DNA of 64,000 bases from Myxococcota bacterium (GCA_045106235.1 JBGCEJ010000010.1:72991-136990); one strand, 5' to 3'. Shown: positions 27,036-37,058, numbered from the stretch's first letter. Numbers and translations: made by a program. The notes: generated by a model not told the origin, from the letters alone.

Positions 27036-29411
27036 CTAGAGCCCTTTGGGCTTTGTGCCGATCACTTCGTCCTCGGCGAGCTTCGCGATTTCTGCTTCCG
27101 AGAGGCCCATCTCCGTTAGAAGTTCATGGTTATGCTCGCCCATCTTGGGGGCGGGAGTACGGTTCCATCGATCGATCGTCGCGAATTTGAAGGGCGGTCG
27201 GCAGTAGCCGTGGGTTCCGACGACGGGATGCTCGAGGTCCTCGTAGAATCCGCGTGCAGCAAATTGGGGATGCTTGCTTTGAATGCGCGCGTCCCAAACC
27301 CCGGCGGCGGGGATTCCGCGCGCGACAAGGGCCGAGACGGCATGGTCGAGTTCCTGGCCCGCGGCCCAGGAGGCCACTTTTTCGTCGATGACCTGATGCT
27401 TGCGGCGCCGCCCAGCCTGGGTGGCGAATTCCGCGTCTTCGGCCCAGGTTGGATTTCCCAGCTCGGCCTTGAGTGCGTCCCACTCCGCATCGTCCCGCAC
27501 GCATAACGCCAGCCAATTCTCCTCACCGGCGCACGCATATACATTCTGAGGTGCACCCTCCGGTCCTCGGTTGCCGTCGCGAGCGAGTTCGACGCCGTAG
27601 GCGGACCATTCTATGCCCATTTCGGCGGCGGCATTGAGCGCACCTTCGATCATGGTGCATTCGAGGAGATGACCCTTACCCGTCTTCTCGCGTTCGGCGA
27701 GGGCGACGAGTGTGGCGAACGCCGCATGCATGCCGGCGAGGGGGTCGCAGGGGCCGCGCTGGATCCGAGGCTGATCGTCGGCGTGGCCGGTCATCCAGGC
27801 GAGGCCGGACATCTGCTCCATGGTCTGGGCGAAGCCAACGTTGTCTCGCCAGGGACCGGAGAGGCCGAAGGCGGGCATGCGAACGACGATGGTCGAGGGG
27901 CTGATGGCCTGAATTCCTTCCCAGTCGAGGCCGAATCCTTCGACGACGCGGGGAGAGAAGTTCTCGATGAAGACATCGCAGGATTCGATGAGCTTTTTGC
28001 AGAGATCGAGGCCAACGGGATCGGCGAGGTTGAGGGTTAGGCCGCGCTTATTCGTATTGGCGGCGAGGGTGATTGCGGAACGTTCCCACCAATCGCCTTC
28101 CGCGAAGAAGAGGCCACCTGCCATCCGCATGCCGTCGGGGCGCTGGATGGCTTCAACCTTGATCACGTCGGCGCCGAGATAGGCGAGCATCTGGCAAGCG
28201 CTCGGACCGGCCCACCACGCCGTCGTGTCGAGCACGCGAATGCCTTCGAGCGGCAACTTGACCTTTCCGACTTTGGAGGGAGCGATGCCGGGGACTTGAC
28301 GGGTTCGTTTGGCTTCGGCCGCGATCTCCTTGTTATGTTCTCCTACGCTCGGGACGGCCTCGAAGGGGCGCGGCCCTTCGTTGTCCATGAGGTAGGGCGG
28401 GCGCGGCTGAAGGAAGCCGCCGGTGGGGTTCTTCTTGAAGACGCCTCGATCTTGAAGGTGGACCTCGTCGAAGACTGTTCGGCCGCTGTTTACGGGCGCG
28501 ACGGGGATTCGAAGGAGCGAGGCGCGTTCGACGATCTCCGCCGTCGTATGCTGTGTTGTCCAGGCGCGGACGATCTCGTTCCATTCATCCATTTTCGCCA
28601 TGCGCGTCATCATCTGCGCCCACTCGGGTTCTTCGAGTAGATCGACGCGCTCAAGGAGCAGCAGGAAATCGGTGAACTGCTGGTTCGAGTTGGTGTTGAA
28701 CCCGACCCAGCCATCCTTCGTGGGTTCGATTGACGGCACTTCGACGGAGCGCGGGCCGCCGAGGGGCTCGGGGCGGCCATTCATGCTGTCCATGAAATCG
28801 AGATAGGTCGTCGAGCCGATATTCATCACTTCGCAAAGTGAAAAGTCGACCTGTTCCCCTTGACCCGTCTTCTGGGCATGGCGCGCTGCGGCGAGGCCCG
28901 CGACCGCGGCGAAGGTGCCGCCGATCCATTCCGTAATTCGACCGCCACACATAATCGGCGGCTGGGTCTGGAGTCCGCGCACGGAAATGGCGCCGCTATG
29001 CGCCTGGACGGTTAAGTCCGAGGCGGGCGCATTCGAGATTGGTCCGCCGCGCCCGTAGGGGCTGATGCTAAGAACAACGAGTCCGGGGAAGCGTTCGGCG
29101 GGATCGAGGGCGTCCATGACGCCGGGCTCGAAGGTTTCCACGACGAGGTCCGCGCCTTCCATCAGTTCGAGAATATGCGGGTCGTCGGGGCGCCCGACCA
29201 CGGACTTTTTCGACGTATTCAAGAACTGGAAGAGGGCAGAGTCCTTGCCTTCGAGATCGGTGTCGCTGGCGGTCCAGCTGCGCAGGGGATCGCCCTCGGG
29301 CGGCTCAACCTTGATGACTTCGGCATAGGCATCGGCCATCAGCTTCGTCGCATAGGCGCCCGCGATTCGGTTGCTGAAGTCGATGACGCGCAAATTGCGT
29401 AGTCCCTGCAT
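27036..29411 (-). CDS. tandem-fused family III CoA-transferase (two CaiB/BaiF modules in one chain)
   Basis: Module 1 has LRVIDFSNRIAGAYATKLMADAYAEVIKVE. Module 2 has IRVLDTTAWWAGPSACQMLAYLGADVIKVE. Each is followed by a ...TG(Q/K)G...(D/E) segment. Confidence 0.85.
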   Translation of the reverse strand: MQGLRNLRVIDFSNRIAGAYATKLMADAYAEVIKVEPPEGDPLRSWTASDTDLEGKDSALFQFLNTSKKSVVGRPDDPHILELMEGADLVVETFEPGVMDALDPAERFPGLVVLSISPYGRGGPISNAPASDLTVQAHSGAISVRGLQTQPPIMCGGRITEWIGGTFAAVAGLAAARHAQKTGQGEQVDFSLCEVMNIGSTTYLDFMDSMNGRPEPLGGPRSVEVPSIEPTKDGWVGFNTNSNQQFTDFLLLLERVDLLEEPEWAQMMTRMAKMDEWNEIVRAWTTQHTTAEIVERASLLRIPVAPVNSGRTVFDEVHLQDRGVFKKNPTGGFLQPRPPYLMDNEGPRPFEAVPSVGEHNKEIAAEAKRTRQVPGIAPSKVGKVKLPLEGIRVLDTTAWWAGPSACQMLAYLGADVIKVEAIQRPDGMRMAGGLFFAEGDWWERSAITLAANTNKRGLTLNLADPVGLDLCKKLIESCDVFIENFSPRVVEGFGLDWEGIQAISPSTIVVRMPAFGLSGPWRDNVGFAQTMEQMSGLAWMTGHADDQPRIQRGPCDPLAGMHAAFATLVALAEREKTGKGHLLECTMIEGALNAAAEMGIEWSAYGVELARDGNRGPEGAPQNVYACAGEENWLALCVRDDAEWDALKAELGNPTWAEDAEFATQAGRRRKHQVIDEKVASWAAGQELDHAVSALVARGIPAAGVWDARIQSKHPQFAARGFYEDLEHPVVGTHGYCRPPFKFATIDRWNRTPAPKMGEHNHELLTEMGLSEAEIAKLAEDEVIGTKPKGL

Positions 29412-29647
29412 AGGTCACTCCCTGCCAGGGGCGGCTTTGGCACGCCCAGGGCATCTCGAAGCCGCGGAGGCGGCGCTCGCGGTCATTATAGGTCGCGAAA
29501 TCTGCTCAGGTCGAGGCCTCTTTCCCGCGATCGGTGGTGAAAAACATCCCGCCGCGCCCGGCTTCATTCGTTTATCATCAAGGGGCGCGGTCCCGGGCCA
29601 CCGGTCCCGCGCGAAACACATGTTCGAGACAGATCAAGGAGAGGCCC

Positions 29648-31858
29648 ATGCCCGAGGTGCACGATTCTTTTTGTCGGTTCTGCCACGCGTCCTGCGCGAT
29701 AAAGGTCACCGTCGAAGACGGGCGTCCCGTCTCGGTCATCGGCGCAAAGGATAATCCGGTCTACCACGGATACACCTGCGCCAAGGGACGCGCGCTCCCC
29801 GAACAGCATGCGAATCCCCACCGTCTGCTTCACACCTTGAAACGCGGCGAGGACGGGAAGCATCACCCCATTCCCGTCGAGCAAGCCATGGATGAAATCG
29901 CCGAACGCGTATCCGTGATTGTCGAAAAGCACGGTCCGCGCTCGGTCGCTCTCTATACAGGGACTTATTCCCTGCCGTATCCCGCTGCGGCACCTCTGGC
30001 GAATGCCTGGCTCACTTCCCTCGGCTCGCCCATGTCGTTCACGAGCGCGACGATCGATCAGCCGGGGAAGATGATTGGGGCTGCGCTTCATGGGACTTGG
30101 GGCGGGGGTGCCTATGATTTTGATCACGCCGATGTCTGGATGTTAGTCGGTGCGAATCCGACGATCTCAAAGTCGATCGGGATCCCCTGCATGAACCCCG
30201 CGAAGCATCTCCATGACGCGGTCAAGCGCGGCATTCAGCTGGTGGTGATCGACCCGCGGCGCAGCGAGGTGGCGAAGGTGGCCGATGTCCATTTGCAGCC
30301 GAAGCCGGGTGAGGATCCGACGATTCTGGCGGGCATGATTCGCGTGATCCTGGAAGAAGGACTCGGCGACAAAGAGTTCGTGGCCGCGTACGCCGAGGGC
30401 GTCGAGTCGCTTCGCGAAGCGGTGGCGCCTTTTACCCCTGAATATGTGGCGCAGCGCGCGGAAGTGCCGGCGGAGGACATTGTAAAGGCAGGCCGTATCT
30501 TTGCCGAGTCGCGCAATGGCGGGGCGAACGTGGGGACAGGGCCGAATATGGCGCCGCGAGGAAACCTCACGGAATACCTCGTGCTGGCGATGAACACGCT
30601 CTGCGGACATTGGCGTCGGGCGGGCGAAGCGATTCCGAGTCCGGGCGTGTTGATGGCGCCGCTTAAGTCGGTCGCCGAGCCGTCGGCGCCGACCCCGGGA
30701 TGGGGCTTTGGCGAATCGATTCGGGTGCGTGGTCTCACGAATACCGCGGCGGGACTGCCAACGGCCGCTCTGGCGGACGAGATCCTCTTGCCGGGCGAGG
30801 GCCAGGTGAAGGCGCTGTTTAGTCTGGGCGGAAATCCGATGGCGGCCTGGCCCGATCAGGACAAGACGATGGCGGCCATGGACGCGCTCGATCTGAACGT
30901 CACGGTGGATATCAAGATGTCCGCGACAGCGAAGGTCGCGGATTACGTGATCGCGCCGAAGCTCTCGCTTGAGGTGGAGAGCATGACCCTGCCGACGGAA
31001 TCGCTCACGCCCTATGCCATGGGCTATCCCGTTCCCTACGCACAGTATTCGAAAGCCGTCGTTGATCCGCCGGAGGGATCCGACGTGATCGAGGAATGGG
31101 AGTTCTTCTATGGCTTGGCGCAGCGGATGAATCTGCCGCTCACGCTTGCCGCAGCGTACGCCTGGGGGCCGCATTCGGCGGAGCCCGAGCTAACCGAGCT
31201 CGATTTGGAGAACAAACCGTCAAACGATGAACTCTTCGAGGCGCTGACGAAGGGGTCCAAGGTGCCGCTTTCGGAGGTGAAAAAATATCCGGAGGGTCAG
31301 ATCTTTGAGGATCCATCGGCCCGCGTCGAAGCGGGGGACCCACAGAAGGAAGACCGCCTTCAGCTGGCGGATCCGACTCTCCTCGCGGAGCTGCGCGACG
31401 TGGCAGCGGAGTCGCTTGAGCGCGACGCAGCGTTTGCGTTTCAACTCGTGAGCCGAAGGCTACCGGATGTGCATAACTCCGCGGGCCGAGATATTCCGAA
31501 GCTCGTCCGCAAGTACACCTACAACCCCGCCTTTATGAATCCCGCCGATGTCGAGAAGTTGGGTCTTCAGGATGGCGACCTGATTGAGATCACCTCGCGT
31601 CATTCATCGATTCTCGGAGTCGTCGAGAGCGAAGCCGCGATTCGAACAGGGGTGGTCTCTATGCCGCATTGTTTTGGTGATGTGCCGGGGGATGGGGCAG
31701 ACCAGAAAGTACGCGAGGTGGGGAGCAATACCGGGCGCCTCTCAAGCGTGGAGCGCGAGATCGATCCCTATAGCGGGATCCCGCGCATGAGCGCGATTCC
31801 GGTGAACGTCGAACGATATATTGAACCCGCTTCGATCGCGGGCGGAGGGGGCGCATGA
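29648..31858 (+). CDS. molybdopterin (bis-MGD) oxidoreductase, cytoplasmic, stand-alone catalytic subunit
   Basis: N-terminal 4Fe-4S motif is CRFCHASCAIKV...YTCAKG (C-x2-C-x3-C...C). Length ~736 aa. No Tat/Sec signal. AGGAGAGG RBS before ATG 29648. Confidence 0.85.
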   Translation: MPEVHDSFCRFCHASCAIKVTVEDGRPVSVIGAKDNPVYHGYTCAKGRALPEQHANPHRLLHTLKRGEDGKHHPIPVEQAMDEIAERVSVIVEKHGPRSVALYTGTYSLPYPAAAPLANAWLTSLGSPMSFTSATIDQPGKMIGAALHGTWGGGAYDFDHADVWMLVGANPTISKSIGIPCMNPAKHLHDAVKRGIQLVVIDPRRSEVAKVADVHLQPKPGEDPTILAGMIRVILEEGLGDKEFVAAYAEGVESLREAVAPFTPEYVAQRAEVPAEDIVKAGRIFAESRNGGANVGTGPNMAPRGNLTEYLVLAMNTLCGHWRRAGEAIPSPGVLMAPLKSVAEPSAPTPGWGFGESIRVRGLTNTAAGLPTAALADEILLPGEGQVKALFSLGGNPMAAWPDQDKTMAAMDALDLNVTVDIKMSATAKVADYVIAPKLSLEVESMTLPTESLTPYAMGYPVPYAQYSKAVVDPPEGSDVIEEWEFFYGLAQRMNLPLTLAAAYAWGPHSAEPELTELDLENKPSNDELFEALTKGSKVPLSEVKKYPEGQIFEDPSARVEAGDPQKEDRLQLADPTLLAELRDVAAESLERDAAFAFQLVSRRLPDVHNSAGRDIPKLVRKYTYNPAFMNPADVEKLGLQDGDLIEITSRHSSILGVVESEAAIRTGVVSMPHCFGDVPGDGADQKVREVGSNTGRLSSVEREIDPYSGIPRMSAIPVNVERYIEPASIAGGGGA

Positions 31859-32628
31859 GTGTTTTAGATCTTTCAGGCCGTGGTGCGTTAGTCGTGGGCG
31901 GTGGGCAGGGGATCGGTCGCGCGACGGCCCTGATGTTGGCGGCGGCGGGCGCGAATCCGGTCGTCCTTGATGCCGAGCAGGGCCGCGCCGAGTCGGTGGC
32001 GGCCGAAATCGAAGCCCTCGGTCGGAAGACCGCTGCGCTTTCGGCGGACGTGACGGATGAGTCGCAGGTGCAGGGCGCGATTGACGCCGCGGGGCAGGCG
32101 GTGGGTGGTTTGGACTGCGTGGTCAATATCGTCGGCTCGGCTTCCTGGGCGCCGCTGCTTAGCGTGGACGACGCGACTTGGGAGCGCGACTTCGACGTGA
32201 ACCTCAAACATCACCTCTACGTCGGGCGTTCTGCGGCGCGGCATTGGATCGACGCGGATCGGCCCGGCGCCCTTTGTGTCGTCGCCTCGATCTCGGGGCG
32301 CTTTTCGTCCGCAGCCCACGGCGCCTACGGGGCAGCAAAGGCGGGCGTGATGAATTTTGTTCAGAGCGCTGCACAAGAATGGTGGCCTCACGGTATCCGT
32401 GTGAATGCGGTCGCGCCGGGAGCGGTGCGGACGCCGCGGATCGAGGCTTCCTGGGCGGATGGCTCAGTCCCCATGCCGACGGCGGATCTCATGGGGCGCC
32501 TCGCGCTACCTGAGGATATCGCGGGGGCAATCACATTCTTGGTCTCGGATCTTTCTGCGAAGATCACGGGCCAGACCGTGGTGGTCGACGGGGGATGGAC
32601 CACGCGGTTCCCCTACGAGCTCAGCTAG
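31855..32628 (+). CDS. short-chain dehydrogenase/reductase (SDR)
   Basis: VVGGGQGIG cofactor loop and YGAAK (YxxxK). ATGA overlap with the Mo enzyme. Confidence 0.85.
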   Translation: MSVLDLSGRGALVVGGGQGIGRATALMLAAAGANPVVLDAEQGRAESVAAEIEALGRKTAALSADVTDESQVQGAIDAAGQAVGGLDCVVNIVGSASWAPLLSVDDATWERDFDVNLKHHLYVGRSAARHWIDADRPGALCVVASISGRFSSAAHGAYGAAKAGVMNFVQSAAQEWWPHGIRVNAVAPGAVRTPRIEASWADGSVPMPTADLMGRLALPEDIAGAITFLVSDLSAKITGQTVVVDGGWTTRFPYELS

Positions 32629-32676
32629 AGCGACCCGCCGCGGTACGCGCGCGGCGAGGCTGCCGAGGAGAAGCGC

Positions 32677-33816
32677 ATGAAACTCGATCTGCTCTACGAA
32701 ATCGATGCCCCTAAGCCATGGGCGGGCGAACATCCCGATGGTCAGCGTGAGCGGGAGCAGCGCGCCTATTACGAGGCCATCGATCAGATCAAGCTCGCCG
32801 ATAGTCTCGGCTTCAACACCATCTGGGCCGTCGAACATCATTTCCGCGAGGGCCGCTCGCATTGTCCGGCCCCGGAAGTCTTGTTAGGTGCCTTGTCGCA
32901 AGTGACGGAGCAGATCGGTCTTGGTTTCGGCGTCACGCTGACGCCTTTCGGCTTTACCCATCCTGCTCGAGTCGCCGAAAAAGTCGCGACGGTGGATATT
33001 TTGTCCCGTGGCCGGGTGCAGTGGGGGACGGGGCGCTCGACGCCGATGGAGCAGACCGCGTTTCATGTGGACCGCGAGCGCTCCCGAGATCAGTGGCGCG
33101 AGGCGATCGAAATTATATGCGGGATGTGGCGCGAGGAGCGCTTCTCGTACAAATCCGAGACGTTCGAGTTTCCCGAGCGCGTGGTCACCCCGAAGCCGTA
33201 CCAGCGCCCGCATCCGCCCTGTTGGATGGCGGCCACTTCAGACGGCTCCGCTGAAGTCGCCGGCGAGAACGGGCTTGGCCTGCTTTCATTTTCGATCATG
33301 CAGCCCCTCGAGAAGATGGCGAGCCAGATTCGGGCCTACCGCGCCGCGCAGAAGCGCGTCAAGCCTCTCACGGATGTCACGACAAATCGAGTGGCGGCGT
33401 ACACCTTGGTCCATTGTGCCGATTCGATGGAGCAAGCGGAGCAGAATGGGATCTGGGACTCCGTGGGATGGTGGTATCAGAACCTCGCGCAGTTCACCCT
33501 TGACTGGGAGCTGGCCCATTTGGGCCCCGAGGAGCGGGACGAGATTTTTCCCTTGATGAAGCCCTTGATCGAGGGCGATATCCCCGTCGAGCATTTTCAT
33601 GATGCCGACATGATCGTGGTGGGCGACCCGGAGCGATGCTTCGAGAAAATGTGTCATTACGCGGATCTCGGGGTGGACGAGCTGATCTGTTATGTCCAGT
33701 TCGGGCATCACTCTCATGAGTCCGTCATGAAGACGATTGAGCTGATCGGGAAAGAAGTGCTTCCCGAGATCGAGAAGTACACGCCGAAGCCTCTCACGGA
33801 TGCGCAAGAGGCGTAG
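32677..33816 (+). CDS. LLM-class (luciferase-like) flavin-dependent oxidoreductase
   Basis: ADSLGFNTIWAVEHHF is the typical LLM N-terminal signature. 379 aa. GAGGAG RBS. Confidence 0.8.
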   Translation: MKLDLLYEIDAPKPWAGEHPDGQREREQRAYYEAIDQIKLADSLGFNTIWAVEHHFREGRSHCPAPEVLLGALSQVTEQIGLGFGVTLTPFGFTHPARVAEKVATVDILSRGRVQWGTGRSTPMEQTAFHVDRERSRDQWREAIEIICGMWREERFSYKSETFEFPERVVTPKPYQRPHPPCWMAATSDGSAEVAGENGLGLLSFSIMQPLEKMASQIRAYRAAQKRVKPLTDVTTNRVAAYTLVHCADSMEQAEQNGIWDSVGWWYQNLAQFTLDWELAHLGPEERDEIFPLMKPLIEGDIPVEHFHDADMIVVGDPERCFEKMCHYADLGVDELICYVQFGHHSHESVMKTIELIGKEVLPEIEKYTPKPLTDAQEA

Positions 33817-33860
33817 CGCGACCGCGGGCTGATTCTATGAATGGAGAAAGAGAGGCGTCG

Positions 33861-34667
33861 ATGAGTGAACTGAGTGAGGTATTTGGTCTGAAAGGGCGTG
33901 TGGCGGTCGTGACGGGAGCGGCCTCCGGGATCGGGCGCGCCGTTGCGGAGGTCTTTGCTCAGGCCGGGGCCCAGGTTGTGGTCGGCGATATGAATGCCGA
34001 AGGCGCCGCGTTCGTCGCGAAGGGAATTCAGAAGGCGGGTGGTTCTGCCGTCGCGCAGGGCGTCGACGTTTCGGTTCGCGGGGAAGTGACTTCCGTTGTC
34101 GATCGTGCGACAACTGAGTTCGGTGGCCTCGATGTGCTCTGCAATGTGGCGGGGATTCCCGCGGACGGGCTGCTTGAGTCGATTAGCGACGAAGACTTCG
34201 AGCGCATTCTCGGCGTGAACTTGAAGGGCACGCTCTACGGTTGCCAGGCGGCGATTCCGGCGATGACGAAGCGCGGCGGCGGAAGCATCATCAACGTCTC
34301 CTCGGGCGCGATCGATCTGCCTAAGGCGATGTACGGCGCCTACGCGATCACAAAGGCGGGCGTTGCTCAGCTCACACAGACGCTGTCCACGGAAGTCGGC
34401 GACCGCGGTATTCGCGTGAACGCGATTGCGCCGGGCGCGACGATCACGGGCTTTACGCAGAGGCATATCAAGACGAACGCGGATGGATCGCTCGATAGCG
34501 AGGCCTATGACGGCTTCGTGAATGCGATGGAAGAGATCTCGCCGCTTGGGATGGTCGGCGAGGCGGTGGATCAGGCTTGGCTGGTTTTGTACCTGGCGTC
34601 GCAGGCTTCGCGGTTTTGTACGGGGCAGATCTGGCGCGCGAATGGCGGGGCGACGTTTTCGCACTAG
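33861..34667 (+). CDS. short-chain dehydrogenase/reductase (SDR)
   Basis: VTGAASGIG, NVAG and YAITK (YxxxK). ATG at 33861 has a GAGAGG RBS. An alternative ATG lies at 33837. Confidence 0.85.
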   Translation: MSELSEVFGLKGRVAVVTGAASGIGRAVAEVFAQAGAQVVVGDMNAEGAAFVAKGIQKAGGSAVAQGVDVSVRGEVTSVVDRATTEFGGLDVLCNVAGIPADGLLESISDEDFERILGVNLKGTLYGCQAAIPAMTKRGGGSIINVSSGAIDLPKAMYGAYAITKAGVAQLTQTLSTEVGDRGIRVNAIAPGATITGFTQRHIKTNADGSLDSEAYDGFVNAMEEISPLGMVGEAVDQAWLVLYLASQASRFCTGQIWRANGGATFSH

Positions 34668-34688
34668 GGGGCCGGTTCGCGCCTGGCG

Positions 34689-35393
34689 CTAGTCAGTTCC
34701 GAGCCGACTTCCCCAGTCTTCGACGCGATTGGAGTCAAGGCGTTTCTGAGCCAGCGCTCGCCAGCTTGAAGCCAGTACCTCAAGTTCGGCCATGGCTCGG
34801 AGATCCGACGCGTCCTTACTCTTGTCATAGATGATCGAGATGAGCCGAGTCAGCGGCCAGTCGGCGTGGGGCCGTTCCTGCAAGCGAAGCGTGTCCCCCG
34901 CTGCGATCTCGCCCTCGCGTAGCACTCGGTAGTACCAGCCCGTGCGGCGCGTGGTTTGAACCGCCATCGCCATCGCTTTGTGTTCGAAGCGCGCGTTCAG
35001 CTTCCAACAGGGTTGCCGCGCTTGAGAGACTTCGAAGAGGGCATCGCCGACGGAGTAGATGTCGCCCACACAGACATCTGCCTCAGTTAGGCCACGCGTC
35101 GAGATATTCTCGCCGAACGCGCCGGGGTGCTTCAGGATCTCCGGGGCATGCGGTAGCTCCGCGAGCCAGTCGGCGTAGTGGTCGCGCGGGTAATGATGGA
35201 CGGCTTTGTCTCGGCCGCCGTGGTTTTTGAGGTCGGCTTGCTGGTCGTCTTCGATGCCCGTGGCGTGGGCGCGGCGGGGGCCATCGACGGGGAATTTGGC
35301 GATTCCGCTCGGTTTGGCTTTGGGGCCGAGGGGGGCGACTTGGCCTACGAGGAGGGCTTCGATTTGGATGTCGCGGGCGGGTTCGGCGGGCAA
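34689..35393 (-). CDS. MOSC domain protein (YiiM-like)
   Basis: DLKNHGGRDKAVHHYP, FGENIST.GL and QPCWKLN are characteristic of YiiM/MOSC. Confidence 0.8.
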   Translation of the reverse strand: MPAEPARDIQIEALLVGQVAPLGPKAKPSGIAKFPVDGPRRAHATGIEDDQQADLKNHGGRDKAVHHYPRDHYADWLAELPHAPEILKHPGAFGENISTRGLTEADVCVGDIYSVGDALFEVSQARQPCWKLNARFEHKAMAMAVQTTRRTGWYYRVLREGEIAAGDTLRLQERPHADWPLTRLISIIYDKSKDASDLRAMAELEVLASSWRALAQKRLDSNRVEDWGSRLGTD

Positions 35394-35480
35394 GCGGGAT
35401 CCTTTGGGGCGGGTGTTTTGGAAGGCTAGCGCTGAGCGTGAGGTCTGCGTCCCAAAAGATGGGGTGACGTTTCTAAGGAG

Positions 35481-36008
35481 TCACCGCCGCATCTTCGCAA
35501 ACAGCTTTGAGGCCCGCTTGGCGACCGATTTCCTCGAATCTCCCTGCAGCCTTTCGAGCTGCGGTCCTAGCCATTGACCTAGCCCCACATCCTCCCCGGA
35601 CCAATCGAACAAGACCTGCATAGTCGTATTCAGGACGATCCAGTCTTGATGCTCTTCGAGGTTGGTTTTCATGATCTGGATCGCCCGGTCGCGTTGAGAA
35701 GCGCTCAAGAGTTCCTTGGTTAGATCGAAGAGCGACGCGAGCGTCCACTGCGTTGAGGCCTGATCGATTGCGGCGATTTCGCTTTGGAGGCCGTCCATGA
35801 AGGGCATGGTCCATGCGGGCTGCGCCGCGGTGACGCGTTTCATGGCGCTCGATACGCGCAGGCGAACGATCTCGTCTTCCGAGAAATAGCACGCGTACAA
35901 ATCGGCCAGCCTGGCTTGATCGGCCAAGACGAGATCGACGACTTCGACGGTCCGCCCGAGTCAGTTCGGATGCCCGCCGGTCAGCATGGATTCGAATTCC
36001 TGACTCAT
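35481..36008 (-). pseudogene. DNA alkylation-repair-like (HEAT-repeat) protein interrupted by in-frame TGA at codon 16
   Basis: ATG at 36008 has an upstream GGAGGA. The reading is MSQEFESMLTGGHPN-TGA(35963-35961)-LGRTVEVVDLVLADQARLADLY..., continuous with ORF 35481..35927. Confidence 0.55.
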
Positions 36009-36384
36009 CTCGACTTACGTCCTCCGATATACGCCTTCAATCGTATCGGGCCGCGGCATCCAACGCCGGGATGTTGCGTCTCTATATACGTCATGTGTTG
36101 ACGGAGGCCGCTTGGGGGATGGTGCGGGTGTTAGCCGCCATGTCTGCAGTGCGGAACTGACGAGTCGGGCGCACCGGACCGTGCTGGACGACTTCTCAAG
36201 AATTGATCAATTCAACGACCAGAATCAGGAAGCGATCCCGAGCGGCCTTAGCCTGCACGACGCAGTTCGTGCAAGCCGTTTTTGTAACGCCGCATCGTGA
36301 GATTCGATGTGGGGCGACGGGTGCGCACGTGAAGGAGTTCGAGAGAAACGTGTATCTTGACTATAAGTATGAAATATCGTACCA

Positions 36385-36729
36385 ATGGCCATGAGAGCCG
36401 TGAGGGAATTTCAGCTTGAGGACGGTACCGCCCCATTCGCGGACTGGTTCGAAAGCCTCCCGGCTGCTGCCGCCAATCGTGTCATGGTGGTCTTGAGAAG
36501 AATGAGGCAAGGCAATCTCGGCGATTGGAAGTCGGTGGGGGAGGGCGTCGCTGAATGCCGAATACATTTCGACAAGGGGTACCGCGTATACTTTGGCCGC
36601 GACGGTGATTCTGTGATTATTCTGCTTGGCGGCGGAACGAAGAAACGCCAAGGAAGCGATATCAAAGCTGCCCAGCGTCTTTGGAAGAAGTACAAAGAGA
36701 CCAAGCGGAGTACACCGGGATGGCATTGA
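36385..36729 (+). CDS. type II toxin, RelE/ParE-superfamily 'addiction module killer' (HigB-like)
   Basis: 114 aa. PFADWFESL, WKSVGEGVAECRIHFDKGYRVYF and GGGTKKRQ..DI..A are typical of this killer family. Confidence 0.85.
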   Translation: MAMRAVREFQLEDGTAPFADWFESLPAAAANRVMVVLRRMRQGNLGDWKSVGEGVAECRIHFDKGYRVYFGRDGDSVIILLGGGTKKRQGSDIKAAQRLWKKYKETKRSTPGWH

Positions 36730-37058
36730 CAAGAGATTTTAGAGAGACGGTCATGGCCCGCGCACAGAGGGATGGAGCATTCCGGCGCGAAATGCTCAAG
36801 AGCGGTGTGGAGATGATTCTCAGCGATGACGAGGAAGATGCCGCGATCGGACGCGAGCAGCTTCGTGACTACATCAACGCGACGATCGGGTTTCAAGAGC
36901 TAGCGCGCCTGATTAATAAGGGCCCCAAGAGCCTCATGCATATGTTCAGTGATCGCGGGAATCCGAGGACTTCGAATCTCGCAGCCGTCTTAAGCCAGCT
37001 TCAGGCACATGAAGGCGTTGAAATTGCGGTTACTCTGCGTCGATTGAAGGGAGGCTGA
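36720..37058 (+). CDS. type II antitoxin, addiction-module antidote (HigA/XRE-like)
   Basis: ATG at 36720 overlaps the toxin 3' end by 10 nt. LRDYINATIGF..LA...GKSPKSLMHMFS..GNP is typical of the cognate antidote family. Confidence 0.8.
   Translation: MALTRDFRETVMARAQRDGAFRREMLKSGVEMILSDDEEDAAIGREQLRDYINATIGFQELARLINKGPKSLMHMFSDRGNPRTSNLAAVLSQLQAHEGVEIAVTLRRLKGG

Noticed and set aside
29438-29453. Second sigma-54-like element, TGGCAC-GCCCA-GGGCA, upstream of the Mo oxidoreductase
   Set aside because: GG-N10-GC spacing is correct, but the -12 box is GGGCA rather than TTGCA. It lies ~195 nt from the ATG. A TGGCAC hexamer with a correctly spaced GC is expected a few times by chance in 64 kb of high-GC DNA. 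I did not call it as a feature.
20913-36008. Global reassignment of TGA (for example to Trp or Gly) as the explanation for the three in-frame TGAs
   Set aside because: TGA clearly functions as a stop throughout the window. Many coupled genes have ATGA/GTGA start-stop overlaps (1774-1777, 2541-2544, 3461-3464, 5041-5044, 31855-31858, 43331-43334, 61340-61343). Reading through these would produce implausible fusions.
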